A DNA stretch of 63,388 nucleotides, counting the filler, from Stramenopiles sp. TOSAG23-2 (Eukaryota): assembly GCA_900128395.1 (NCBI GenBank). It is 26 parts of 26 records of this genome, joined end to end, with 100 filler letters (N's around TTAATTAATTAA, not from the genome) between each part and the next. Parts side by side here need not be neighbours in the genome. Positions count along the whole stretch, not along the records: positions 34,307 to 36,645 come from LT651830.1; positions 36,746 to 39,082 come from LT651831.1; positions 39,183 to 41,518 come from LT651832.1; positions 41,619 to 43,951 come from LT651833.1; positions 44,052 to 46,383 come from LT651834.1; positions 46,484 to 48,815 come from LT651835.1; 20 more parts are not named here. One strand, 5' to 3'. The first letter of the stretch is position 1; every line of letters starts with the position of its first letter. The notes beneath the pieces were generated by a model. It had not been told where the DNA came from, did not search any database, and saw only the letters and a program-made list of their open reading frames with translations. The position numbers were made by a program, and so were the translations under genes. Below are positions 35,274 to 46,622 of the stretch, one piece after another.

Positions 35274-35333
35274 TTTTTATAGATTAAATATAACGTTATA
35301 ATTGAAATATTTATATGTTTTATACAAAGGTAT

Positions 35334-35507
35334 GATGTATGATGTATGTGTATTGTATTCTATTACAGTCTTTGTTTTTACTTTTATTGAAAAAAAAAGG
35401 TGTATTAATAATAATAACAAGATGTATGATGTATGTGTATTGTATTCTATTACAGTCTTTGTTTTTACTTTTATTGAAAAAAAAAGGTGTATTAATAATA
35501 ATAACAA
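35334..35507. repeat. Exact tandem duplication, 87-bp period
   Basis: GATGTATGATGTATGTGTATTG... at 35334 and 35421. Confidence 0.88.
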
Positions 35508-37229
35508 CACAACAAGTAACCGATCTTATTATTATTATAAACTCATCATCATAATATCGGAGGAAAAAAATAAGGAGAAAGAAGAAAGGAGAGAAGCTTC
35601 AGCCAAAATTATACTTGATAGTATAATGTTTTCAGTGGATAGATATATTTTGCGAACTCTAAACTTAAACTAAAACTCTATAAATTATGAACTTCCTTTA
35701 CTCCTACCACAACACCACAACACTATAATACCACCGATACAACTAGCTAACACAAAAAAAAGGCTGTGTGATGATGTTATTTGTTATCCTGCTGGTTTTA
35801 GTTCATGATTTTCTGATATTTTCATCTATCTCTATTATTACTTAGACTTTAAGGTATTATAGACCCATCTAATAAAACTGGCCACACATTATATACCCGA
35901 CCAATCGTGTATACTCAAAAAGGTCGAATCTTCGCATAAAAACCTTATATATTTAGTTGTTTGTGTTGTAAAAATAACAAAGAGAATAACTATACACACT
36001 ATTGACGCGCAGGGAGTAGCTCTAAGAGAGGCTCACAACAGCACAACAACAGTGTATTAAGTTTATGTATTACCACCTGGTGGTAAGGCTAATAGTTGAA
36101 AGAATAGCACAGGATGGATAGGCAGATTAGGATAGGAAAGAATCTTCCAAACCAGCAAAAACTGGCAAACCAGCAAACCAAAAACCATTGTGAGCTTTTC
36201 GGCTGCTTCTCTGTTCGCCCGGATCTTTGATGCATGAGCGAAGGCAAAAAGGCACGAGAATGACAACCCACATACTGTGTAGTGTTAATAAATTTTTAAT
36301 TCTACATTAACCATTCGTCATCAAGAATGGCCGGCTACATCATTAAGATTTGGCAAAATGCTGCTGAAAATGACTGTCCTATCAAACATATATTTATACT
36401 TACTAGTATAATAAATATTACACCAGCAAACCATTTTTTGAAGATCTTCTTCACCAATAACGTAAAATATATATATTATATCTATTAGAAAGAGTTTAGA
36501 TAAGCCATGTGTGGGGGTGGTAAAGGAGGAAATCATTTTCAATTGTATAATCTGCCAAACCTTCCTTTACGTCTACATTGCGTGCGTGTGTGTGTGTGTA
36601 TTTACCGTATATACATAAAAGTTACATCTATATTTATTGTTATCANNNNNNNNNNNNNNNNNNNNNNNNNNNNNNNNNNNNNNNNNNNNTTAATTAATTA
36701 ANNNNNNNNNNNNNNNNNNNNNNNNNNNNNNNNNNNNNNNNNNNNATATATTTAATATTTGCAATATTAGGATCATTTCTTCTGTATTTCTGATTGTATC
36801 TGAGAGATGTTGTATTAATATAATAATATCATATAATATATATACTGTATCTGATTGACGATATGTGCGAGTAGGTAATTAACTTAAACTATTCCTCTAA
36901 ATGAAGAAATCAAAAGACGACATAATGTAGAATCATAATTCGTACATACTATAGTATGCATGGACCACATGGGGCATTGATAACAAATGGAGGTTTCTCA
37001 ACACTGTACAAGAACGGGGATGAAAAAGAGCACTGATGTGTTTAAATGTCTTGTCAACAAATTACTTGGTTATTATGTCATATTTAAAATGTGAAAGTCT
37101 AAAATTATATTAAATGTAAATGAAGCTTGTGTCATTCACATATATTAGTACTCTCTATACAAACTATGCTCACTCAAGGGGGGTGAATATATATATATAT
37201 ATATATACCATACAAACGACTGACTACAA

Positions 37230-39062
37230 TCAAGTCATTGGCTTTTGTTCCGCTCGTACATTCCATTGCAAGCCATCGGTTAATGATGCGAGCCAATCAC
37301 CACGTTCCCCTAATTTAGTCACCGCTGGCAACGGATATGGACTAATCCATAATATTAACTCATCTCCTAATCCTAATTCGCAACGATCACGCCCATCAAA
37401 TGCTACCCATGCAGTGGCACGAGAATTCTCCGGTACTTTGATTTTCAACGTAGCACTGTCAGGTAAAACAACTGGTCGAAATGATAACGTATGTGGGCAA
37501 ATTGGTGTAAGCAACATGGATGGTACAGCTGGGTGTACAATTGCACCACCAGCAGACAGTGAATATGCCGTACTACCTGTTGGTGTACCAACAATTAAAC
37601 CATCTGCTTGCACACGAGTTAATAATTTATCATTGTAATAACATAGTAAATTAGATAATAATGAGGAAGGTCCACGATCAATAACAGCTTCATTTAAAGC
37701 ATGGTATTGAATATTTTCAATGTTACTACTACGCGTAGGTTTTGATCCATTCTTTGTTTGTTCGCTTCCTTTTATAATTCTAGCACAAATTCTGGATCGC
37801 ATCGAAAGGAATCCGCCATTCGTGACAAATTTGTCTAATGGTGCTTGATACTTTAATGGAGAAAATGGTGTTAAAAATCCCAATGAACCCATTGCAAAGG
37901 AGATGACTGGTGGCACAGGGCCATTGAAGATGCGCCCGATCCATAGAATAGTTCCATCACCACCAATACTAATAACGAAATCAATTAATTCATGCAACGT
38001 CCCATTCGTACTCTCACTTGGATCGTATGTTTTTAAATTTGGATGGTTTTTGCTTAATTCCGTATGTACTGCAGGTTCAACGAAGGTTTCAATTTCATGT
38101 TTGTCCATCAAGTACTTGTACATTTCTATTAATAAATCTTCTGATGGTTGATCTCTTAATTTTTTTACAATAAGTACTGTTTTTGGTTTTCGTTTTCCTT
38201 TCCAAATTAATTTTAAAACCGATATATCTTGATGTGTCGTGTTGATTGCTTGATTTTCAGGTTCAATCATTTCACAAACTTCATCAGTGCATACGATAAC
38301 TTGAAACGGAGTTTTTTTCCTTCCAGGTGTTCCACTACTTCCATTGTTTTGCAAACTCAAGTTTGTACTAGAAGAACCAGATATGGGAGTGGAATCAAAT
38401 GATTTGCTACGTACGCCACGTATTGTTTTTTTAGATGTTTTTCGCGACAATGTCTTCGCTGCATTTATATCAATCAATGTAGTCCGTTTGTTGCTATCAT
38501 CCTTTGCATTTTTGTTATCATCCTCCTCCTCCTCTTCATCTTCATTCTCTTCAATTACTTCATTAATCATTGCAAATTCATTTGAAAATTCTTCAACATC
38601 CACATTATGTTTTTTTAAAAAATTAATTGCAGAACCATGTTTCACTAAACTTTTAAAACGTCTGCGGCGTGTTCGCAATGCAGTTGGTATATCTGTACTA
38701 TTATTGTCATTCACAATATTACCTTCAGTGTCTTCTCCGCTACTGCTACTATGTAACAACGATTCAAGTTGTAATTGTAAACTTTCCACTGTCGTTTTCA
38801 ACGTTTCGACTTCGTTTTCAAGATTTGATATATAGATATCTTTTGTACTGTTATTATTATTGCCAGCGGATGGCTCGGGTACAACGCTTTCCTCACTTTC
38901 TGTTTCTCTTAAAGAATCCATTAACTCTGCCATGCTTTGCAAGATAGACTCGCGTTGTGTTTTCATACTCGTGCCATTTCGTTTCACTTTTACTTTTTTA
39001 TTTTTAATAATTGAGGTCATGTTATTATAAATATATAACTTCCAAACAATTAAGAATGTCAC
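37230..39062 (-). CDS. NADK: NAD(H) kinase (start probably Met at 39020)
   Basis: DFVISIGGDGTIL, SFAMGSLGFL, LNEAVIDRG, QADGLIVGTPTGSTAYSLSAGG, TPICPHTLSFRP. Confidence 0.96.
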   Translation of the reverse strand: MTFLIVWKLYIYNNMTSIIKNKKVKVKRNGTSMKTQRESILQSMAELMDSLRETESEESVVPEPSAGNNNNSTKDIYISNLENEVETLKTTVESLQLQLESLLHSSSSGEDTEGNIVNDNNSTDIPTALRTRRRRFKSLVKHGSAINFLKKHNVDVEEFSNEFAMINEVIEENEDEEEEEDDNKNAKDDSNKRTTLIDINAAKTLSRKTSKKTIRGVRSKSFDSTPISGSSSTNLSLQNNGSSGTPGRKKTPFQVIVCTDEVCEMIEPENQAINTTHQDISVLKLIWKGKRKPKTVLIVKKLRDQPSEDLLIEMYKYLMDKHEIETFVEPAVHTELSKNHPNLKTYDPSESTNGTLHELIDFVISIGGDGTILWIGRIFNGPVPPVISFAMGSLGFLTPFSPLKYQAPLDKFVTNGGFLSMRSRICARIIKGSEQTKNGSKPTRSSNIENIQYHALNEAVIDRGPSSLLSNLLCYYNDKLLTRVQADGLIVGTPTGSTAYSLSAGGAIVHPAVPSMLLTPICPHTLSFRPVVLPDSATLKIKVPENSRATAWVAFDGRDRCELGLGDELILWISPYPLPAVTKLGERGDWLASLTDGLQWNVRAEQKPMT

Positions 39063-39182
39063 ACCAGGTCACACAATTTAAANNNNNNNNNNNNNNNNNN
39101 NNNNNNNNNNNNNNNNNNNNNNNNNNTTAATTAATTAANNNNNNNNNNNNNNNNNNNNNNNNNNNNNNNNNNNNNNNNNNNN

Positions 39183-41518
39183 CGATTAAATCGATTAAAC
39201 TCCATTTTCCTAAAATATCTAAGCATTGTAATAGAATTCCACGAGTTTTCACCGACAAACGCTTCGAAGGTAGAAACCATGCGATCGAAAGCAATATCAA
39301 TTTAATATAAGGCCACGCGCCAGAGAAAACAGCGATTAGCAATGACAATGGATATACCTGCGCTTCCCACATATCGTGTATAGAATTCCAAAGAGAAAAC
39401 GAAAACAAGGCTGGAATTGGAACCAGATCATCACCAATCAAAACTAACGCAGTGACACTTGCACCAACATTAATGTGTCCGGAGAAATACATGCAAGCGG
39501 CAGATAAAATAAACGATGGCATCACCCACTTTGACCATCTTGGTACTGCTTCCTGGTTGCACAACGCATCGTTTATGTTTTCATTTACATCCATTGTTTT
39601 CTTATCTTTATTTTCATTTTCTCCAACAAATGGATCTAGTGATATGCTAGTATGAGCTTCACCGGCTTTGATATACCGTTCACTATCATCATCATCATTA
39701 TCATCATCGTGTAATATACTATAATCACTATGTACATTTGACGGTTTCACCCCATCAAGTTCCAATTTATAATATATACAAATAAAAATTCCGATAGCCA
39801 TGAACGTGATTGACAATACACCAGACCAATAGCTTACACCTGGGAAAATGCCGCTATCATCAGTGGAAGAACTATCAATGTGATTATTCGATTTACCTTC
39901 TAAATCAAGTTTACAACTATTTGTCGACGAGTTTAATATCGATGAGATACCGTCATTTGCCATTTTTTCCAAAGGCCATTGATGATCCATTGATTTACTA
40001 TGTTTTAATTTCGTGATTGCTTCTTGAAAATATTTGTTAAGCTGTGCCACTCCTTTGTCTGATGTCAATGATTTTGATATTTTTTCAAATCCTGTCGCAG
40101 GGCAATCGATGCAATGTAATTGAATTAAAATTTTACCAATGGAAAAATCTAATCCCAACAACTCCAAGTCTGAAAACATGTGAAAAAGGCACGGTGGATA
40201 TTGCAAAGCATTAATTGAAGTTTTCAAGATTCGATCGGCATTCAGATCTATATTTGCATTTGCTCCAATTGTGAAGTTGGAAAATCCAATGTCAAGGTTC
40301 ATACGATTTTCATGTAATGTTTTCAAGTTATTTTTGTACTTTGTATTCAATTTCATGAGTACTGAGGCACTCAATGGATTTGTTGCGTTTCCAATCGAAA
40401 TTTCATTTTCAGCTTCATGCGCACTTAATGGATGTAGCAGTTTGAATGAATTTATCGTGTCTAGACCATTCAACGTTAAATTTGTTATCCCGATGTCGGC
40501 ACCTTGTGCCGTATCACTGTCTGAAGATGTTGAAGTAAAAGACACGACTTCTTCCATTATTAGAAAGGAGCCTGGTGGCAAATGAACACTATAAACCTTG
40601 CTAAGTATATCCATCACGTTGTTGATATCAAAATCAATCGGTGAATCAACTTGCATTAAATCGTTTAGTACATAGTCAATTATCTTAACGAATTCATTTT
40701 TCGTCAAGTTGACCANNNNNNNNNNNNNNNNNNNNNNNNNNNNNNNNNNNNNNNNNNNNNNNNNNNNNNNNNNNNNNNNNNNNNNNNNNNNNNNNNNNAT
40801 TATTATTATTATTATTATTATCGATATCATACATTTCTTGTTGCGATGATGATACTGTACTTGTATCATAATCGACATCTGCATTATCAGTAAAACATTG
40901 TTTCGTGCTTGATACGTCATGTGCAAGTTCAATTGCAATATAAAGCAATCCATCAATGATTTGTTTTAATGGGCCGCCAATGGCACCACGAATAATTTTA
41001 TTAATAAATTCTCCGTATAGGTCTCCAGCTACATTTAGTACCATATCAAATAAACTCGTCATACCTTTGTCTAAGAAAAAAAATTCAGATTTTTCAATTA
41101 TACTAGAAAAGAATACAACGTCAGTTATATTAATGCCATAAAAGGAATCTAGTAAACACAATGGTTTTGATATTAATTCTTCTAATTTTAAAGGTAAAAT
41201 TCTTTCTTCTATTATGGCCAATAAAGTAGTTAGCTGTAAAAACGTATCGGTAATGTTAATAGCGATACTTGATTTAGCATGTAAGATCCCTTGGCTTGAA
41301 TGGCCGATCAAGGATCCAGGACCAAGATCTACAGTCCCATCCAACGTAATTATCAAATTACGCAATGCTAATATAGATGACAATCCATATTTTCCGGATG
41401 ACAGCAATATGTGAAAATTACTTAATGAATTTAAATTTTTGAAGGAGACTTTGTTTATTGTTACATTTGTATCCGTCAGCCCATCATTTCCAAGATTTAA
41501 CTTTATACCAAGATTTGA
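39183..41518 (-). CDS. Large membrane protein with C-terminal PqiA (paraquat-inducible protein A) domain; truncated at both ends, internal N gap
   Basis: FSFSLWNSIHDMW..YPLSLLIAVFSGAWPYIKL..LDILGKWSLID PqiA signature; upstream repeated beta-rich luminal units each ending in PxC. Confidence 0.75.
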
Positions 41519-41618
41519 NNNNNNNNNNNNNNNNNNNNNNNNNNNNNNNNNNNNNNNNNNNNTTAATTAATTAANNNNNNNNNNNNNNNNNNNNNNNNNN
41601 NNNNNNNNNNNNNNNNNN

Positions 41619-41872
41619 CTTGTATGAATAACAGCACCGCCCGCTTGTAAATTTGCCAACGTTACATTAATTTTCTCGTCTCCTTGTGAATACTGACTTG
41701 CTGAAAAGGAAATTAAATTTGTTGCATCAGTTGGCGTTGCACCCATAATCGTAGTACGAGTCATGACATTCTGTCCACTTTGGCTACCAACTAAATTACA
41801 CCCAGGATAACTTGGCATTGCTTCTGCAGCACATATAATACATGTTAATAGTAATGTAATTTTAAGCAACAT
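41619..41872 (-). CDS. Secreted protein N-terminus (possibly Reeler-like), 3' truncated
   Basis: Signal peptide MLLKITLLLTCIICAAEA followed by MPSYPGC..YSQGDEKINVTL. Confidence 0.5.
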
Positions 41873-42247
41873 TTTGTTTTGTTCACAGTATAATATATCT
41901 TTTTCGTTTATGTTTTTTTGATGTATCTTTTTCGTTTATGTTTTTTTGTTATATCTTTTGTTTTTTTTGCTTATTGTTCTATATCTACATCTATCTACAT
42001 CTACACCTACACGCATGCATTATTAGTTATCTATAGATGTGTACAAAACTCTTTTTTTCTGGTTTTTTTTATGCATGCACTTCAAAAAAAAAGAGTGATG
42101 TGGATATCTATCCAAAATATCCTTAATATGAATATTGTTATGAAGGCTATGTAATTGTGTCATTGTTTATATCTTAAGGTATATTGAGTAAAAGAAGGCC
42201 ACAAATAAAAATATAACAAAAAAATATAAAATGCCAACTACTACTGT

Positions 42248-42453
42248 GTATGCTGCAGTGCTGGAGTGCTGCTATTTTGCCAACACATTTAAATTTTCTA
42301 CATTATTTTCTGCTCTGGCTGGACCTGCCGGCCCAGGGCTACACTGTGTGGTATGCTGCAGTGCTGGAGTGCTGCTATTTTGCCAACACATTTAAATTTT
42401 CTACATTATTTTCTGCTCTGGCTGGACCTGCCGGCCCAGGGCTACACTGTGTG
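42248..42453. repeat. Exact tandem duplication, 103-bp period, in a CWG-rich island
   Basis: GTATGCTGCAGTGCTGG... at 42248 and 42351. Confidence 0.9.
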
Positions 42454-42754
42454 CTGCAGTGCCTGGTATTTCCTGAATTTTCTGCTGAATGCTGAAGCAA
42501 CTGAACACATTTTCTTCTATAATATCTTTTCGAAATCATCATTAGCATCATTAATCTGGCACAATGCATTTAATATTTGAAAAAATTAGTTGGTAAATTG
42601 ATTTGTACAATTATTATATATATTATTATTCTAATTATAAAATTTGAATATCTACAACAAATTAACAACAAGGAACAGAGACGATTGATAGGTCTTATAC
42701 AGAATCACATTATACAGAGTGCAAAACAATAAATACAGTATATATACATGTAAC

Positions 42755-43313
42755 ATGGCATCATCTTCAACGACAACAACAATAATCAGTAATAGAAGAC
42801 GACGTATATCAAAACAAAATCATTTAAATAATAATAATACTAATGCATTTAATTACAATGTACCAACATCAAATGATATAAATATGTATGACAAACATTA
42901 TGATGATGATGAAATACACAGATTAAAACAAACAATCATGAAGGTGTTGCCATCAAAAGATGAAAGGAAGAAATTAAAACGATCCTTAACAAAAATACGT
43001 GATACGACGGTGAAAACATCTGTAGTGCATATTTTAAAAATGTTAGATTCTATATGCAATGTCATAGATCATAGTATGATGGACACATTAATTGAAAACA
43101 TCCATTATGAAAATTGAAATAAATATAAATGGAAAATCATGTTTGAAAGAGTTAAATGGACCGCGTGATTCAACAGCTATAAACAGCACGCTTAAAATGA
43201 ATTTGGAACATGATTGCAAATATGAAGTTAATGAAAAAGAATTTCAAGTGACGGTAAGCATTGAATTATTAAGAGCGAGCGGTAGTAAACTTTTTAATAT
43301 GTGGTGGGAGTAA
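42755..43313 (+). CDS. Hypothetical protein, probably one gene with a 1-nt frameshift near 43090
   Basis: Overlapping ORFs 42719-43117 and 43092-43313 join into a continuous frame if one base near ACATTAATTGAAA is removed. Confidence 0.35.
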
Positions 43314-43480
43314 AATATTATTATGAAATTATTCTTCCTTATCCTGGTCGTGCACTCACTACTACTACCTGTAATAAATATGATATCCCCCCTAAATTAG
43401 TATGAGTATAGCATTAATTTACCTTAATATATATTCCTATAAATTTAACTATGATAATAATAATCTATATACTTATATAT

Positions 43481-43951
43481 GGGCGGCATGGGCAAAGGAA
43501 GGGGGAGCAAATGACGATGCCAGTATCCTTGCCTCTAGGCCCTGGGGCAGTCTTCTGGTTTTGCGCAGCAGAATTGGGGAAGATGCCCAATTGTCCTAGG
43601 TGGTCGCAGGTTTTGACAGGTGAGGGATGCACTGGTGATGGATCTGATTGTATTCTAAACATTACGGTCGTGGATTCCTCAGGTCGTATTTTGGTTTCAA
43701 ATCCATCATTGTTAGCAGCGCCTGTAGTGATGCTGTCTAAGGTACCACCCGTCTCGCTCAAGGCAACTGTAGCATCCCCATTGCCAGTCCCAGGACATTC
43801 AGATCTGCCAATCCGGATAGTCGTGACAGCAACTGCTCCCGCAATGTTTGTGACCTTGAGCACCTTGGCACAGGGACGATTTTCCCGGAATGCATTTTTT
43901 ACCAAGGGTGGTTCAGAAACATTAGAGTTTTATCCAATTGCAACCGAAGGT
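43481..43951 (+). pseudogene. GH2 beta-mannosidase C-terminal Ig-like domain fragment in a GC-richer segment
   Basis: APAMFVTLSTLAQGRFSRNAFF resembles the beta-mannosidase C-terminal motif; no catalytic domain or splice acceptor upstream. Confidence 0.55.
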
Positions 43952-44053
43952 NNNNNNNNNNNNNNNNNNNNNNNNNNNNNNNNNNNNNNNNNNNNTTAAT
44001 TAATTAANNNNNNNNNNNNNNNNNNNNNNNNNNNNNNNNNNNNNNNNNNNNCA

Positions 44054-46383
44054 AACGGTGGTGAATTAAATTTATATTCATCTATTGTATTTAATAATAA
44101 AGCTAACCCGGGTGGTGGAATATATGCTAGTGGTAAGAATGTGATTATGAATATATATAATAGTATTATTCATTATAATTTAGCTAGTCAGCTTGGGACT
44201 GGTATTGGTGGTGGTATTTGTATGTCTGCTACTACTGTTGGTACTATAACTATTTATAATACTACCATAGATAACAATCAAGCTAATATGGGTGGTGGTA
44301 TGTCTATAGATCAAGGCAATGATGTAAATATAATAAATACAATCATATCAAATAATAAAGCTGGTAATGGTGGAGGTGGCCTCTTTATTGCACCATCCTC
44401 GCAATCTGTCATTACAGTCGTCACCCTCCGCCAATCATCATTTATCAATAATGCTGCAACTACTATTAGCGGTGATGAAATATATGCAGTTGGATCACCA
44501 ACCATATCATTAATAAATACATATTTTAACAATCCGAATAATAATAAAAATATTTATGATCAAAATAGTAATGGATCACCAACATGGAAAACATGTTCAG
44601 ATAATTTATGTACAAAAGAACCATTTACTGGTACATGCAGTGAAGTAAACGGTAATACGATAAAAGTAGGTGTAACTTGCAAATGTGTAAACAGTCTACA
44701 ATGTACATGTGCCCCAGGGTCATCTAAATCAGGTCGATTTATAGCAGGACAGCAATTGTGTAAAATGTGCGATGCTAACTATTACTCAAACGATGGACTC
44801 AAATGCAAACCTTGTTTTGGTGGTAAAACATCACCACCAGGCTCACCAAAATGTTACGACATTGACAATATGCTACAAAATGTACGTTCCTTGAGTGAGC
44901 AACAAGGTGGTATCATCAAAACCCTTGCAGTATCCAATGCAAAATCAAACGAAGTCAAAGAAAAAGCAAATGGTTTAATAGCAAAATTATCATTAAGTTG
45001 GGCAACACAAGACGTAATTAACGAAGCACAAGAATTACGTAATCAATTATCCAAATTACCAGAATACAATGTGAAACATCATTGTGAGCAAGAAAAACAA
45101 CGTCTAGCATATGGTGTGTTGAGAACTGGTGTCATTGTACCACCCGATGCAGAAATTGATGATAAATATTGTTTAAATGAAAATCGTAATCGTTTAATTA
45201 GTGCATTTTGTAATTTTCGTCCACGATTTATTAAATTATTAAAAGATAAAGCATATGCAAATCCATCCCCAAATTATCCCGAAATATACAGGACGTGATT
45301 TATGGCCGAATATCTGTTGTCGTAAAGATAATTTTGAAGCTTTAAAATCATGTAATGATCCATCTGGTAATGTTCCACGCAGTCATATAGTACCATTTGC
45401 ATTAGCACAGGGTGGTAATATTACGGTTGAAAATTTATATGGTGAAATCGTAGATATCATAAAAAAAGATGGATATTTACAAGAAGGTATGAACAAACCA
45501 ATTCAAGGTATTTTTAATGGCGATAAATTACAAACTAAATTAAATACTTTATTTGAAACCACATTGTTATGTGGTCCACGTGAATTTGGTTTGCCAACCA
45601 ATGAAGGAATCCGTTTATGTGAATTATTTTATCCATATGAACATATGTTATCAACCTATTATGATGAAGTAGATGCATTATTGGATGGTTTACAACGTAG
45701 AAGACGAAGACGAAGATTGTTAGGCGTTTGGCCAAGTATCGAAAAAGGATTTACAAATATGATAAACAGTGCAAGTGTTTTCATGTTTGGTAAAGATGAG
45801 GAGGATGGAAAGAATCGTGATGACGGTATTGATCTTGATGGCAGTGATGACGATGGTAATAGTAATAATGAGATGAGAAAGTTAGAAAAGAAAGTGGAGA
45901 TGTTAGTAGGTAAAACGCAACGATTAGAAAAGAAAGATGCAATGTTAACGAATGAGGCTAAGCACTCACGTAATGAAATAAAGCAATCACGTAATGAAAT
46001 AAAGCAATCACGTAATGAAATAAAGCAATCACATAGTAAAATAAAACGTTTAGAAAAGAAAGATGCCATTTTAGAAAAGAAAGATGCTATTTTAGAAAAG
46101 AAAACTGCAGAAATCGACACCCTCAAACAAACAACCAACAAAACCAACCATTTCCTTGCCATTTTAAAACAAAATAATAAACAAAAACGACGATTAGGTG
46201 GTGGTTCCTCATCACTTACTGATGAAATGTGTCCAGTCGTTACAATGAAAGATGTGGGTGACTATCAAAAAAATAAAGATTTATTTTGTACTGGATATGC
46301 TCATATTGATTTAAATCATCCAGATACCGTCATTAATTTAGCTATTATGATGCCATGGGATATACCAAAAGATAAACTTTTTC
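44054..46383 (+). CDS. Large extracellular protein: beta-helix (GGG/FxxN) repeats, Cys-rich repeats, coiled coil; frameshift near 45279; truncated at both ends
   Basis: NNKANPGGGIY, GGGICM, NNQANMGGGM, GGGLFI..FINNAA; CxxCxxxxY..CxxC; RRRRRRRLL and KRRL; SRNEIKQ heptad repeats. Deleting one C in TATCCCGAAA fuses ORFs 44141 and 45255. Confidence 0.7.
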
Positions 46384-46622
46384 NNNNNNNNNNNNNNNNN
46401 NNNNNNNNNNNNNNNNNNNNNNNNNNNTTAATTAATTAANNNNNNNNNNNNNNNNNNNNNNNNNNNNNNNNNNNNNNNNNNNNATAAAACATTTGTACTG
46501 AAAAGTTACGACTGGCCGGCACAGTAAAAATTATATCGGGAAATATAGAATAATATTTGAGATTTAAGGGAATAACAAAGAACGTATATTATCTATACAC
46601 ATACATGTATATCATGTAACAC

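Noticed and set aside
36759-36785. U3 snoRNA box A (AGGATCATTTCT)
   Set aside because: No box A', B, C or D context; the left part matches the reverse complement of the ankyrin-family GATCCTAATATTGCAA.
45255-45298. Programmed ribosomal frameshift
   Set aside because: No slippery heptamer or evident downstream structure; a single-base indel is the simpler explanation.
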